Shown here: piece after piece, positions 52,451 through 64,000 of the stretch
Position numbering within the stretch: position 1 is the stretch's first letter
How the letters are laid out: every line of letters begins with the position of its first letter
DNA from: Eledone cirrhosa
Lineage: Eukaryota
Direction of reading: 5' to 3'
Assembly (NCBI GenBank): GCA_964016885.1
Contig: OZ024740.1
Location: 192,820,001-192,884,000 of the forward strand
DNA: 64,000 nt
Program-made: the position numbers and the translations under genes
Notes under the pieces: model-generated
The model's input: the letters and a program-made list of their open reading frames with translations, nothing else
The model's database searches: none
What the model was told of the DNA's origin: nothing

Positions 52451-53238
52451 AAATTAAGATTAAACATATGAAGGAAAAAGTTAATCATGCTAAAAATAAT
52501 ATTCACTAAGAGTGAACATAACTGGGGATGTAGGGCTCTAGCTAGACATTCTTATAGACGAACACATAGTACACCCAATGAATGGTGTAGCAGTATCATT
52601 GTAAATTGTTACTTGAGCAATGCAGATGCTCTGGAAGGAGGTAACTACATACTATATCATTACTAGTCAAGTTATGAATGTAACACAAAGGATTTCAGTA
52701 AAACTGATCAGGAAAAGAAATAAGCTTATACACAATTCAGTTCAGGTTTGTGCCAGACTGGGGTAACACTGTTGCATACTTCCTAGTGAGCCCATAAGAG
52801 AAGTTCATAATTAAGTAATATTAGAAGCAATATCTAGTATTAATTATTCTGGAGAATACCTCAGAGAGAAGACCATGCTCGGTAATCCTGTGGTTACTAA
52901 AAAAATACTAGAAGTATGCCCATTGCTCGAGAATCATAAAGTGGTGCAATCAGTTAGGTGAATGTTGAAAATTAGTGAAGGATAACTGCCGGGTAAACAA
53001 TTTTAACTCCGGGTAAACAATTGCACAATGTGTGTCCATGTCTGTGTTTACATTTGGGAATGTTTATCTCACATAACTTAGCAGTTTGACAATAAAGTGA
53101 TCAATGACATTGGTAATAGACTTGAAAGTATTACATATATGTGTCGATATGATCAACTAAATCAAGGTAGTGCACTAGCATGGCCTCAGTATAATATCTG
53201 AAACTAGCAAAAGTGTATAAACAGTTTATGTATAAACA

Positions 53239-53269
<31 letters not shown>

Positions 53270-53271
<2 letters not shown>

Positions 53272-53471
53272 CGCCACAGTAAAAAAGCATCCAGTAATCA
53301 CTCTAAATTACATTGGTGTTAGGAATCGGCATCCAGCTGTAGAAATGAAGCCAAAATCAGTTCTGTATGAACAAGACATGGTCGCCTGACCTGGCATTGC
53401 CCACAACAGGACAACCCGTCTAGCATGGTAGAATGGACATAAAATGTTGATGATGTTGATGATGATGATGC
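53270..53471 (+). mobile_element. RTE/SINE-B 3' tail fragment
   Basis: TTGGTGTTAGGAATCGGCATCCAGCTGTAGAA and (GAT)n; inserted after (TA)n. Confidence 0.8.
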
Positions 53472-53977
53472 ACACACTCACAGAAACACACATATATATA
53501 TAGGGGTTTGTAATGGGTTTATGTATGTATATATTTGTCTTTGTGTATGTGGATGCGCATGTCTATATACACACACACACATATCCATGTGTAAAATCAA
53601 GGAAAATGATGATAATGAAGATGTACACTCATATACAAATATATGAATATTTGTGATAAATGTATATTTTTATATCAAATGATGTAACCTCTTATTACTT
53701 AAAATATCATGAATAATATCTTAAAACATCATTTTCATTTTAAACATCTCAGCAACATCTATCAAAGTATGAGGTATGACATATTTTGTCCTCTTTGGCA
53801 CTGGACTAAATAAAAAATTTCTGAAAAGTGTTTAAATGCTACAATATTGCCATTATGATATATTTGCGTGAGGTGAATCGGAGATCTACTATTTTGACAG
53901 GTTTTATTTATTTATTTTATTTTTTATCATTAATTCAATGTGTAAGGTGCAGACAAGAATATATTATTATTTGTCAG

Positions 53978-54041
53978 GAAATCCAATTTAGTTCCCTTAG
54001 AGAGAGCTTGGCAGTCAATCAGTCCAAAACTACTAGACTAG
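53978..54041 (+). CDS. Candidate terminal coding exon (KSNLVPLERAWQSISPKLLD*)
   Basis: Acceptor ATTATTTGTCAG; phase compatible with the 51435-51545 exon. Confidence 0.27.
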
Positions 54042-54482
54042 AATATCTAAGATATAGTCACATTTCAGAAAAGTACTTACCAAAATATATATCTTTATAA
54101 TTAATCAAGAAGAATGTAAGAGCAATGAACACTAATTCATAAGCACAAACTTAAGGCAGAAAGAATGTCTACTTCCTTTAACAATCAAACAGAATTTATC
54201 TATATCTTTACATTTTCTGAAGTCTAACAAGCGTTTTAACAATTAGGCGACATAAAAGTTCTTATTGTATATATAATATAAATAGTAAAAATATGTACAT
54301 ATATAATTATAAATATACACAGGCACAGACACACACATGCACATACACATCCTCATCATCATCATCCTCATTTTACGTCCACTTTTGCCTGCTTGCAAGG
54401 GTGGGATGGGTTCTATTCAGCATCTCTCCACTTCTCATGGTCCTTCGTGATATATGAGCCCAACACATATATATAAATATAT

Positions 54483-54693
54483 ATATGTCAGTTGCTGAAA
54501 TGTTCATAGGCTAAAAGTACAAAGGGTGGCCAAGGTACTCTCATGGAATGACCAAATGGAATATATTTTTGAACATAGTCTCTGGAAAGAAACAATGCAG
54601 TCATTAATAAGAGTTGAAATTTATATATGCAAGATTTCACAGCTGTAGTAACAATTTTTCATAGTCAGACTATGAAATTTTCAGCCGAACCTC
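54483..54693. mobile_element. mariner-like MITE remnant
   Basis: GTTGCTGAAATGTTCATAGGCT and AGACTATGAAATTTTCAGCCGAAC form imperfect TIRs. Confidence 0.55.
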
Positions 54694-54749
54694 TTATCTG
54701 ATTGAGAGTATGTGTGTGTATATACACACACACATATATATATATATGT

Positions 54750-54943
54750 ATAATTGTTTCTATTTTTTACACAAGCCCAGCAATTATCCCAGTGTATTAC
54801 TGGTGCTTTATTTTATTGACCCTGTAAGAATGAAAGGCAAATTTAAACTTGGTGGGATTTGAACTCAGGCCATAAAGGGGCGTATCTCTATGCTTGCAAA
54901 GCATGGCATCCCACCCTCTACTGATACTGCCAATCCACCACCC
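54750..54943 (-). mobile_element. SINE family A
   Basis: Full copy in reverse orientation. Confidence 0.9.
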
Positions 54944-54954
54944 TATATATATAT

Positions 54955-55226
54955 ATATAATAATACAAGGATGAATGGTTACTCCTTCATTACGTTTATT
55001 GGTTGGTGAGGTGTGTTTCACTATTGATAAGCTCAAGGTTCGATCTGGCCCGACTCTGGAATCAAAAGTTCATCGGACCATTGTAACAGAGGTCCAAAGA
55101 GCTTTTGATTCCAGAGTTGGGCCAGATCGATACAGATCAAACCTTGAGCTGATTAGTAGCAAAACGTACGTCGCCAACCAAAAAACATAAAGAAGGAGTA
55201 AACCATTCATCCTTGTATTATTATAT
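54955..55226. repeat. Fold-back element, palindromic over almost its whole length
   Basis: TAATACAAGGATGAATGGTT..GGACC / GGTCC..AACCATTCATCCTTGTATTA with an ~11 nt centre. Confidence 0.92.
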
Positions 55227-55227
55227 T

Positions 55228-55358
55228 ACCCTTTACAATCTGAGTTCAAATCCTGCCAAGGTTAACTTTGCCTTTCATCCTTACGGGGTCGATAAAATAA
55301 AGTATCAGTAATGCACTGGGTAATTGCTGGTCTTGTGCTTAAAGTAGAAACAATTATT
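55228..55358 (+). mobile_element. SINE family A, 5'-truncated
   Basis: B box, core and tail present. Confidence 0.88.
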
Positions 55359-55477
55359 ATATTACACTCTGTCTAGCTCTATACCTCGATACTGGCGTGA
55401 ACCTAAACATTGAGTACTCACCCAGGTGAACCTAGAGTAAATCTGAATTACACTCCCTGGATATATATATATATATA

Positions 55478-55752
55478 TGTGTTGTTTCCTTGAGCAAGAC
55501 ATTTTATTTCACATTGCTCCAGTTTACTCAGCTGTAGAAATGAGATGATAGGGACAGGGGTCCATATCATTCCACTGCAAAGTGGTCGTGTAGGTGCCAC
55601 GGCAAAAAAAGCACCCAGCACTCACTGTAAATGAGGTTGGTGTTAGGAAGGGCATCCAGCTGTAGAAATCAAGCCAGCATTAGTTCCCGTCCCACCCTTG
55701 CAAGCAGGGAAAAAGCGGACGTAAAATGAAATGATGATGATGATGATGATGA
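55478..55752 (+). mobile_element. CORE-type SINE (family B), head missing
   Basis: Near-identical to 49428-49695; sits inside (TA)n. Confidence 0.9.
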
Positions 55753-55770
55753 TATATATATATATATATA

Positions 55771-56020
55771 GTCAGCTCAAAAGTGACACAGAGGAGACTG
55801 AGGTTAGCTAGACATGCTCACCGACATCCAGAGTTGACATTGCACTCAGTGCTCCTGTGGGAGCCCCTACATGGACACACTGGAAGAGGAAGACCAAGGT
55901 TAACGTATGTTGATGCCCTAAGGACAGACACTGGTCTTTTGGAGACGCAGGACATGGCAGCGATGATGAGGGGCAGAGACCGCTGGAGAGAACTCGTCCA
56001 TGGATCTCTGGAATGTTAAC
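55771..56020 (+). mobile_element. RTE-like LINE 3' fragment of another family
   Basis: QRRLRLARHAHRHPE..LWEP.HG..GRGRPRLTYVD..RDRWR. Confidence 0.8.
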
Positions 56021-56069
56021 CGCCCTAGATAGATAGATATATATATACATGTTAGGGTTAGTGTTTTAA

Positions 56070-56800
56070 TTACTTGAATGGGGTTGATGTCAAAGTTGTA
56101 ATCCTTTATCACCTTCCACCAACCTTCATGGCAACCATGGTCAAAGGAGTTTTTGGGTTGATGTAATTATGTTATAGGTCAGATTGGTGCTGTAGGTGTT
56201 TCTCAATTAGCAGTCTGATGTTAAATATTTGCGTGGTTATACTTCTCGGGTCTGATTCCTGCCTGTTCTTCTGCTAGGATTTCTTATGCCTTTCCCTTAA
56301 GTCTGTTTAGGAGAACTGTTAACAGTACTTTGCTGGGGTGGCTAATAAGGTTGATAGTTCTGTAGTTCTGGCAGCTTTAAGTTTCCTTTTTGGGGAATTG
56401 ATGTCATCAGAGATTGTATCCACTCCTTTCGCCACCTCTATGCTTTCCCTATCTTCTGACAGGTAACTGTAAGTGCCTAGATAAGTTTTGGCCTTCCATG
56501 TTTTAGAAGCTCTGCTGGAATGTTATTGAATCTGGGGATATACCAACTTTGAGCATGTGCACCACCTCTTTAATTTCCTCCTGGATAATTGGAGTATCCT
56601 CAATTTCTTTGTTCTTATTGGTGGAATTATTGAGGATGTAGATGTCATGTCTGAGCTTGAAGTTATAAAGGTCTTGCAATACTCAGGTCAACTTTTGATG
56701 ACATCCTCCTAGTTTGTGATGAGCAAACCAGTTTTGTTTTCAATAGTGTGTTACTTTCTTTTAGAGGGTTTCACTGACAGTCTTGTTGTTGCCGTCTTGA
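56070..56800 (-). mobile_element. Decayed RTE (BovB-like) RT N-terminal part
   Basis: NLISHPSKVLLTVLLNRLK..EILAEEQAG on the minus strand. Confidence 0.7.
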
Positions 56801-56804
56801 TCAA

Positions 56805-57180
56805 GGTTTATCTGTGAGTCTCCTGCTGGTTGGTTTTTCCAGTAAAATTTGTGCAGCAATTCTTTGCAGAGACATTCTAAATACATACCCATCGTATCTG
56901 AGCTGTGATCTCTCAATTCAGATAAGTAGCATCTCTATTTGGAGTGACTTCCTGATCTCCAAGCTACACACTATCAAGTTATATTACCCTACAACCCTTT
57001 AGAGGAATCCAATTGTGACTACTTGTATTTAGCTTTTACACAAACCCTCCTTCTTCTGATGACTGAATGCTGCATCACCTCCTGTGATTCTTGGACTTAA
57101 GATAGCATCTCTGCTTTCCATCAAACTAGCTAAAGGACAGTGTAGTTTCCATACTTGATACAAGAGAACCAACCTAATAT
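56805..57180 (-). mobile_element. Decayed RTE C-terminal fragment
   Basis: IERSQLRYDGYVFRMS..QILLEKPTSRR..KP on the minus strand. Confidence 0.65.
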
Positions 57181-59579
57181 TTACACTGCAGCAGGTCTTT
57201 CAGAAATCGTAGGAGTATTGTTAAAGTTTTATGCTTTTCTCATAAACACCGAAAAGGCATACAGCCGCATTCTACCCGAACCTGTTTTGGGAAATTCTGC
57301 AGGAGTATTGTAACTCATTGAACATATGAATTATCATGTTAACATTGAAACTCACATGATAAACAAGATAATGATATATATGTTCATGAATGGAAGATTT
57401 CTGTCTACTACTCAATCAAGTTAATATAATTATATTGTTACTCCATAAATTTATTCTTCATATATCTTATCATTTAATGTTGCAGTTACTGGTTAGGTGC
57501 AGATAATTTGCAACTGAGGAGAACTATGGTCAAAGTCATTCAAGCTGTGACCAATTTAACTTTGTATTTTTTAGCTTAAGACATAATGATTAAGGACTAC
57601 ATTTTCCATATCTTTCCTATTTAAATACTGTCATATAATATTAGAGAGAGAGGGTGGAGGGAAAGAGAGAGAGTGAAGGAGTTGAAGTAGAAAGCTATGT
57701 GTAGGAATATATCTAAGAATGTATGCTATGATAAATGTAATATTATACATTAAAAATATATAAACAAATCTCTAATTATCTTAGAGTTTTGATGAATAAA
57801 ACAATAAATTTAACAGCTACATTTTTGTGATTCAAAACAATGGAAGGATTTTTAAAACTTGTGTTTAGCTATTTCTTAAAGGCTTTCTAACATAAGTGGA
57901 TGTCCATAGATTTTTGGTGAGGGTCAATTTAGTGGATTAAAACATGTATTAAATGGCACTTATCAAGACAAAAGTCAAATCAACCTCAGCAGAATATGAA
58001 CCTAAAATTGAAAGTGATGCACCTAAGAACTTAAATTTGTCACCAAATCGATAATGCCAATCTACCAACCAACAACATATCATACTTTAAGAATTAATGA
58101 AATAAAAATAATTAAGCATTTCATTTGCTGAATTTATATTCTTTGTTCTTCAAAATACTTTTTCTTTATTATCTTTGGCTGTATTTAACGTAAAACTGGA
58201 TTGTTTTTGTTCTTGCACCACAATGATTAATACATAAATGTAATAAAATGTTTTTAAATTGGATCAACATTATTTTTCTCTTGCTGATAAAACATTGATA
58301 TTCATTCTGCATTCTTTGAAAATTCAATTAATAATACAACAAACGATACCAAGAGATTTCTTTTGTTTTTCCAAAATAATGAACACAAACTAAATCACTA
58401 ATTGCTTCTAGAATTCCACATTCTACCCATAAGAAAATTAAGATTTCAAAGGAGAGAACTTAAGGTATTTTTATTTCCCATGAAAATCATCAAAATTCCC
58501 ATCATCATCATCATTTTTACATCCATTTTTTCCATGCTTCTGAAGGATAATGACAAATTAATCCATACAGAATAAAATATAGATTTTTTTTATTGAGTAA
58601 ATTTGGCAAATTTTAGAATGTATTGATGATGTAGGCATAAATGAACTGAAACTCTAGGATCATAAGTGATTTTTAAGTTTACTGACTTTTAACAGAAATT
58701 ATAGTCAATATGCTATGCATCTGTTGATGTCAAAAATAACTATTCATTAATTATTATTAAATATTTTTTCTATATATACTTCCTCTATCATAAAATGTTT
58801 GTCTGTTCAAAATTAAAATTAAAAATTAAAATTAAAATGTTGAAGGCAAGCAAATAATATTTTTTTTTTTTAAATTGTGATAAAATTTCACTATATATAC
58901 TTTTATCACAAGAACTCATTATTATTTACAAAATAATCTTGAAGTGGTTGGTCAAAGAGCTACATATAACAACTAAATCTCAATCAAATTGCCCCTCAAA
59001 ATATTATAAAGAAAAATGAGGTCGCATTGGTCACATTGTTATACAATGCCAAAAAACAAGATAGTATTTTTATGACAAACCAAAAATGAAAATTGACCAA
59101 AGGCATACCAACGATGACCACTAGTTATTCATAGCCTTTTATTACCCAGCATTTTTCATAGATGTTTAATAATTTCCTCTATAATATTATCTACACATAT
59201 GTTTATGCTGAAATTCAATTAATCTTTTATTCAGTACTGGAAAATCTTACATCTTTAAAAGCATCGTGTAAATATTGAAAACATGTAACTATATTGAAAA
59301 CAACGAAAGAAATTGCCTTATCCTTTTTGTAAATGCACATCCATCTTACAATACAATAACTCAAAAAAACTGATACCTGAACTATATATCTCATATATAT
59401 ATATCTTTCTTCATACTTCTTAATATATAGATATTCCTTTGAATGAAACAGTTCTAGTCATGTAGAAGCCATTTCTATTTTAAATTTGTTGTCTACACTC
59501 TACTAATGTATTGAATACATTACTTACTGTGGTTACCCCCTATTGAAACTGGGATTCACATTTTTATATATATATTTAT

Positions 59580-60175
59580 ATGATGGCTGCCCATTATCGA
59601 GTATGACCATTGCATGATATACCATTATTAATAATTATTAATTAATTCTATTGTGCAATGCCTGAGTGTGAAATTATTTTTATAGTGTGGAAAGACTGTG
59701 CAGTGAAGCAATCCCACTCTCTGAGCGACAGTAGCTATAACCTGAAAAGAAGAAAAGATCAACATCATCGGTAGCTACTGAGCCGCAGGTTTTATGTTGG
59801 AGTTATCCCAGTTTCCTCAGTTGCCTTCTCCTAGAAGAATGGCTTGATTAAGTCTAAGGGTCTTTCACTCCTAGTGGTTTAACTCTCCAATCGGGTATCC
59901 AGCCCAACAATTTCTATATCCCCGCACATATACATACACATGGACACATATGTACATGTGTATATACATTTTTACACATTTATTGGATGGCAGTTGACTC
60001 TTATGAGTTTGTCTGCCCTTTGTCAGGTTTTGTTTTTTTTTGTCCTGCAGGGTGTCCAAAATCACCCTCTTCACCAACTAAAATTGGTGGGGTTGCTGGT
60101 TTAGTCGCCAACAACCCAACCATGCAACAGGTTGTACTGGGTTACATATTACCAGTAGCTCACAAGAGTGACCCA
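59580..60175 (-). mobile_element. Two short GC-richer repeats resembling RTE UTR-derived non-autonomous elements
   Basis: Minus-strand motifs CTAGGAGAAGG..AAACC and GGTTGGG..GCAACCCC recalled from RTE 5' UTRs; uncertain. Confidence 0.35.
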
Positions 60176-60313
60176 ACATACATACTCACACACATATATA
60201 TATATATATATAAAAAGGATCGATCGACTTTCATCAAATCGGACTGAGGAAACAATTTTTCCATCAGTCTTTCCAGTTGCTAATACTATCTATCGGTCGC
60301 AACTCCAGGTAGA

Positions 60314-60388
60314 AGGAGCAACATGAAATAAAGTGTCTTGCTCAAGGACATAACGCATGGCCCGGTCCAAGAATCGAACTCACTACAT
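60314..60388 (-). mobile_element. CORE-type SINE fragment
   Basis: GAAATAAAGTGTCTTGCTCAAGGA..AGAATCGAACTC. Confidence 0.7.
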
Positions 60389-61330
60389 ATATATATATAT
60401 AATCTTCACAATTTTGTCATGCTGCATCCACTCCACTAACAATAATGTCATTTTTAATATTGGAAACTCCATATAAATAATAACTATTGGAAACAGTTTC
60501 TCCAAGTAAAAACATGTTTCAAGAAAATACAAAATGTTTAAGAGATATATAATATATGATTATCATGTAAACACCACATCTACATTTATTAACATAATTT
60601 ACTTAGAAAAGATAGTTTGAAGCTGAATCATTTTGCATAGGCAATTTTGCAATGTAACTTCTTATTTTTTAGCTTAAGACATAATGATTATACTTATACT
60701 TAAGATATTATTTAAATTGCTGGCAACAAAATGTAATCCATTAGCTGAAAATGGTTGAACAGGATATAATGACAGCCCCAAAATGTATCCTGCTGTATTA
60801 TCTTTAAAAAATTGATTGACATAACAGCATCGAACAATTAAATATTTAATGTGTATCGTATTTCATAAATACAGATTATATATATTTCCATATTAAATCA
60901 TGTATTATGCATGCATTTATGTGAATGTGTGAATGTATTTATGTATACATTTGTAATAGTTTTCTGTGTGTTGGTGTTAGAAAGGCCATATCACAAAGGA
61001 ATATGGATTTTAAATAGCAATGGCAGCTTCCTCTTGCTTTTAAAATTTAATATCTCAATGTCAGTTATTAAAATTCTATAAAATGTCATTTATTCAGTTC
61101 TTGTCAATGGGAATTATTTCAATATAAATGCATTCCAGATGTTTCTGGATAAAATGACATTCTAAAAGCCAGTGTATGTCTATTTAAGCCAGTAATTTAT
61201 ATGATTCTGAAAACCAATTATTAATATAAATAATAGCGTGGCATGCTGTTGCTTTAGATAGCAGGTTAGACAATGCATATAGAAATTTATAATCAGCATT
61301 CAATCAGGGCCTGTTAAATTAATATCAACC

Positions 61331-61380
<50 letters not shown>

Positions 61381-61554
61381 GGATTTAAATATTCAAAGAA
61401 ACAATGATCATGTAGAAAACAAAATCAATATGTTTTGTTTGACCGATTATTATTTAACGTAAATTCAATTTATTTTCTTGGGAATTGTCAGATAGCTTCA
61501 TTGCAACAAGATAAGCTAGCCAGCAGCCTTGCTATATACATATATATATATATA

Positions 61555-62362
61555 TGGGATGGAAGAAGTTCAGGGAGCTACTGCCACTGATAGCTGCAAA
61601 AGGCTTTTCCCTCAAAATTAAAGGCAGACTGTATGATGCGTGTATACGAACAGCAATGTTATATGGAACTGAAACCTGGGCGCTGTCTGTAGAAGACTTG
61701 TGCAGATTAGAAAGAAATGAAACCTGCATGCTCCAATGGATGTGTAATAGTAAAATATGCGAACGGCAAAGTATAAACAAATTGAGAGAGAGACTGAGCA
61801 TCAGGGGAATCAAACGGTCTGTGGAAGAGGTTATGTTGGTATGAACATGTGATGCGTATGAAGGATGATAGTTGCATAAAAAGGTGCAGAGCACTATAAG
61901 TCGATGGAAGCCACAGAGTGGGGAGACCCAAGAAGACTTCGGATGAGGTGATAAAGGCTGACCTTACCCAATTGCACCTCTCAAGAGCAATGACACATGA
62001 CCATGACCTCTGACGTCACACAGTAATACAGAAGACCCAACCCCCCACAGGAGGCTGAAGCATATAGACAATATGCCCCCACACCCTCCCACTGCAAAGT
62101 GGTCATGGAGGTGCCAAAACAAAAAAGCACCCAACCCACACTGTAAAGTGGACGTGTATGCGCCACAGAAAAAAGCATCCAGCACCCAGCACTGACTGTA
62201 AATGAGGTTGGTGTTAGGAAGAGCATCCAGCTGTAGAAATCAAGACAGAATCAGTTCCTGTAAGAGCAAGACAAGGTCAGCCGACTGGACACTGCCTACA
62301 ACAGGACAACCCGTCTAACCCATGCTAGCATGGAAGAACGGACGTAAAACGATGATGATGAT
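61555..62362 (+). mobile_element. RTE LINE, 5'-truncated
   Basis: GWKKFRELLPL..LYDACIRTAMLYGTETW; 3' UTR and (GAT)n; begins within (TA)n. Confidence 0.93.
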
Positions 62363-62404
62363 ATATGCAACTGGCCTGTCCTTTGTCATAATGGGACCAT
62401 CTAG

Positions 62405-62582
62405 TTCCACACAGTAAATGAGGTTGGTGTTAGGAAGAGCATCCAGCTTTAAGAAACGCAGCCAAATTTACAGTTCCATCTGAGCAAGTTATGGTGTGGC
62501 TAATTTGGTCAGACTTGTCTCATGACATAACACATCTAACCTATGCAAGCATGGAAAATGGATGTTAAACGGTGATGATGAT
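62405..62582 (+). mobile_element. Extra RTE-type 3' tail fragment
   Basis: GAGGTTGGTGTTAGGAAGAGCATCCAGC..GATGTTAAACGGTGATGATG. Confidence 0.75.
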
Positions 62583-63156
62583 ACAGAATAAATTCTCTAA
62601 CAGTAATAGAAAATATACAGTATAAAGGGATGATCTGTAGTAATAAAAAAAATATGCATCAGAGATTTTGTAGATTAGTTTATTGAGTTAATTTTCCATG
62701 GTGTTGTGAAATAATCTAACATTGTGAACACTTATCCTTCTTTGGAGTGACAGAGAATGAGTGCTGTCAATTATGCCACAATATTATAAACAGAATAGTA
62801 TCTTTAGTTTTATTACTTTCCAATGAAATATTAACTATAGCCTTATTATTTTCAAATATGATCTAGAATATTATGCAATGTAAATATAAATGCTTATAGA
62901 GGAAGTTATACATTAAAAAGTAATTAATTTATTTGGAGTAGTTGTTTTTCCAGTATCATGATTTCAGTTATCGCTTACTTGATTAAGGTGAAAATGGGAT
63001 ATCTTTAAGTAATGATTGTCTCAGTTCATCCTCATTTATTATATCATGTCTTAACTATATATAAACATGATATATCAGATATCATTTCAATTTGAGTTTT
63101 TGTTTTATATTTCCAGCCAGCTTGTAAAATATTAATCTGCTCTCCCAGCCCCCAAA

Positions 63157-63348
63157 TAATTGTTTCTTCTTTTGGCACAAGGCCAGCAATTATCCCAGTA
63201 TATTACTGGTACTTTATTTTATCGACCCCGTAGGGATGAAATGCAAAGTTAACCTCGGTGGAATTTGAACTCAGATCATAAAGGGCCGTAACTCTTTGCT
63301 GCAAAGCATGTCATCAGACCCTATACCGATACTGCCAATCCCAGCCCA
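63157..63348 (-). mobile_element. SINE family A
   Basis: Full copy in reverse orientation. Confidence 0.9.
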
Positions 63349-63553
63349 AAAATAATATGTGGTAATAAGGAATCAATTTGAAAGTATCAACCCTATTGTG
63401 AAAACAAATTTAAGATCCTAAATAGTTTTAAAGAATACAATACTACACAACACTATATGAATAATCAGTTTTAAAAAGAAAACAGTATTATATAAGAAAT
63501 GTGGTATGTCTGAAAGAATGTATTCAGCAAATACATTTTCTTCAGCATATAGA

Positions 63554-63740
63554 AATAATTGTTTCTACTTTAGGCACAAGGCCAGCAATTAACCAGTGCA
63601 TTACTGGTACTTTATTTTATCGACCGTGTAAGGATGAAAGGCAAAGTCAACCTCGGCGGGATTTGAACTCAGATCATAAAGGGACGTAACTATGCTGGAA
63701 AGCATGGCGTCCGACCCTCTACCGATACTGCCAATCCACA
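63554..63740 (-). mobile_element. SINE family A, young
   Basis: Nearly identical to 34523-34710. Confidence 0.9.
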
Positions 63741-64000
63741 AAATAATATTGTTAAATAAAGGAAAAATATGAGATGTTAAACTATAAAGATTTACATAAA
63801 TATTAAAACAATGAAAATAATAAACTATATCATTTTTTACTTGCTTTGGAAGCATATTATCGATATGATTTATAGAATATTCCTGTGTTGATTGCAATAT
63901 ACATAATCTGCATAGCTCAATAATAGAAACAAATCTAAAATATCCCAAGATTTCAACATTGTCTTTTACTACTACTAATCTAGCCATAAACAAATAAAAT

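Overview
AT-rich, microsatellite-rich eukaryotic DNA, most likely a cephalopod (octopus-like; inferred from SINE/RTE families recognised by eye, not confirmed by search). The window is mostly transposon debris: RTE-clade LINEs (some with a PHD finger inside the RT), two tRNA-derived SINE families, non-autonomous Helitrons, an internally deleted Chapaev-type DNA transposon, an R4/Dong remnant and several MITEs. The largest structure is a head-to-head Penelope-like element (PLE) palindrome at about 8.6-13.7 kb, with ~2.1 kb arms and a degenerate minimal hammerhead ribozyme (HHR) in its 3' region. The most intriguing signal is a set of small, mutually unrelated fold-back elements (5073-5340, 33130-33245, 54955-55226) whose two arms each carry an outward-facing minimal HHR-like motif, like miniature versions of the PLE palindrome. 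No host gene can be named; a few candidate + strand exons with good splice signals are tentative. All calls are by eye and many boundaries are approximate.
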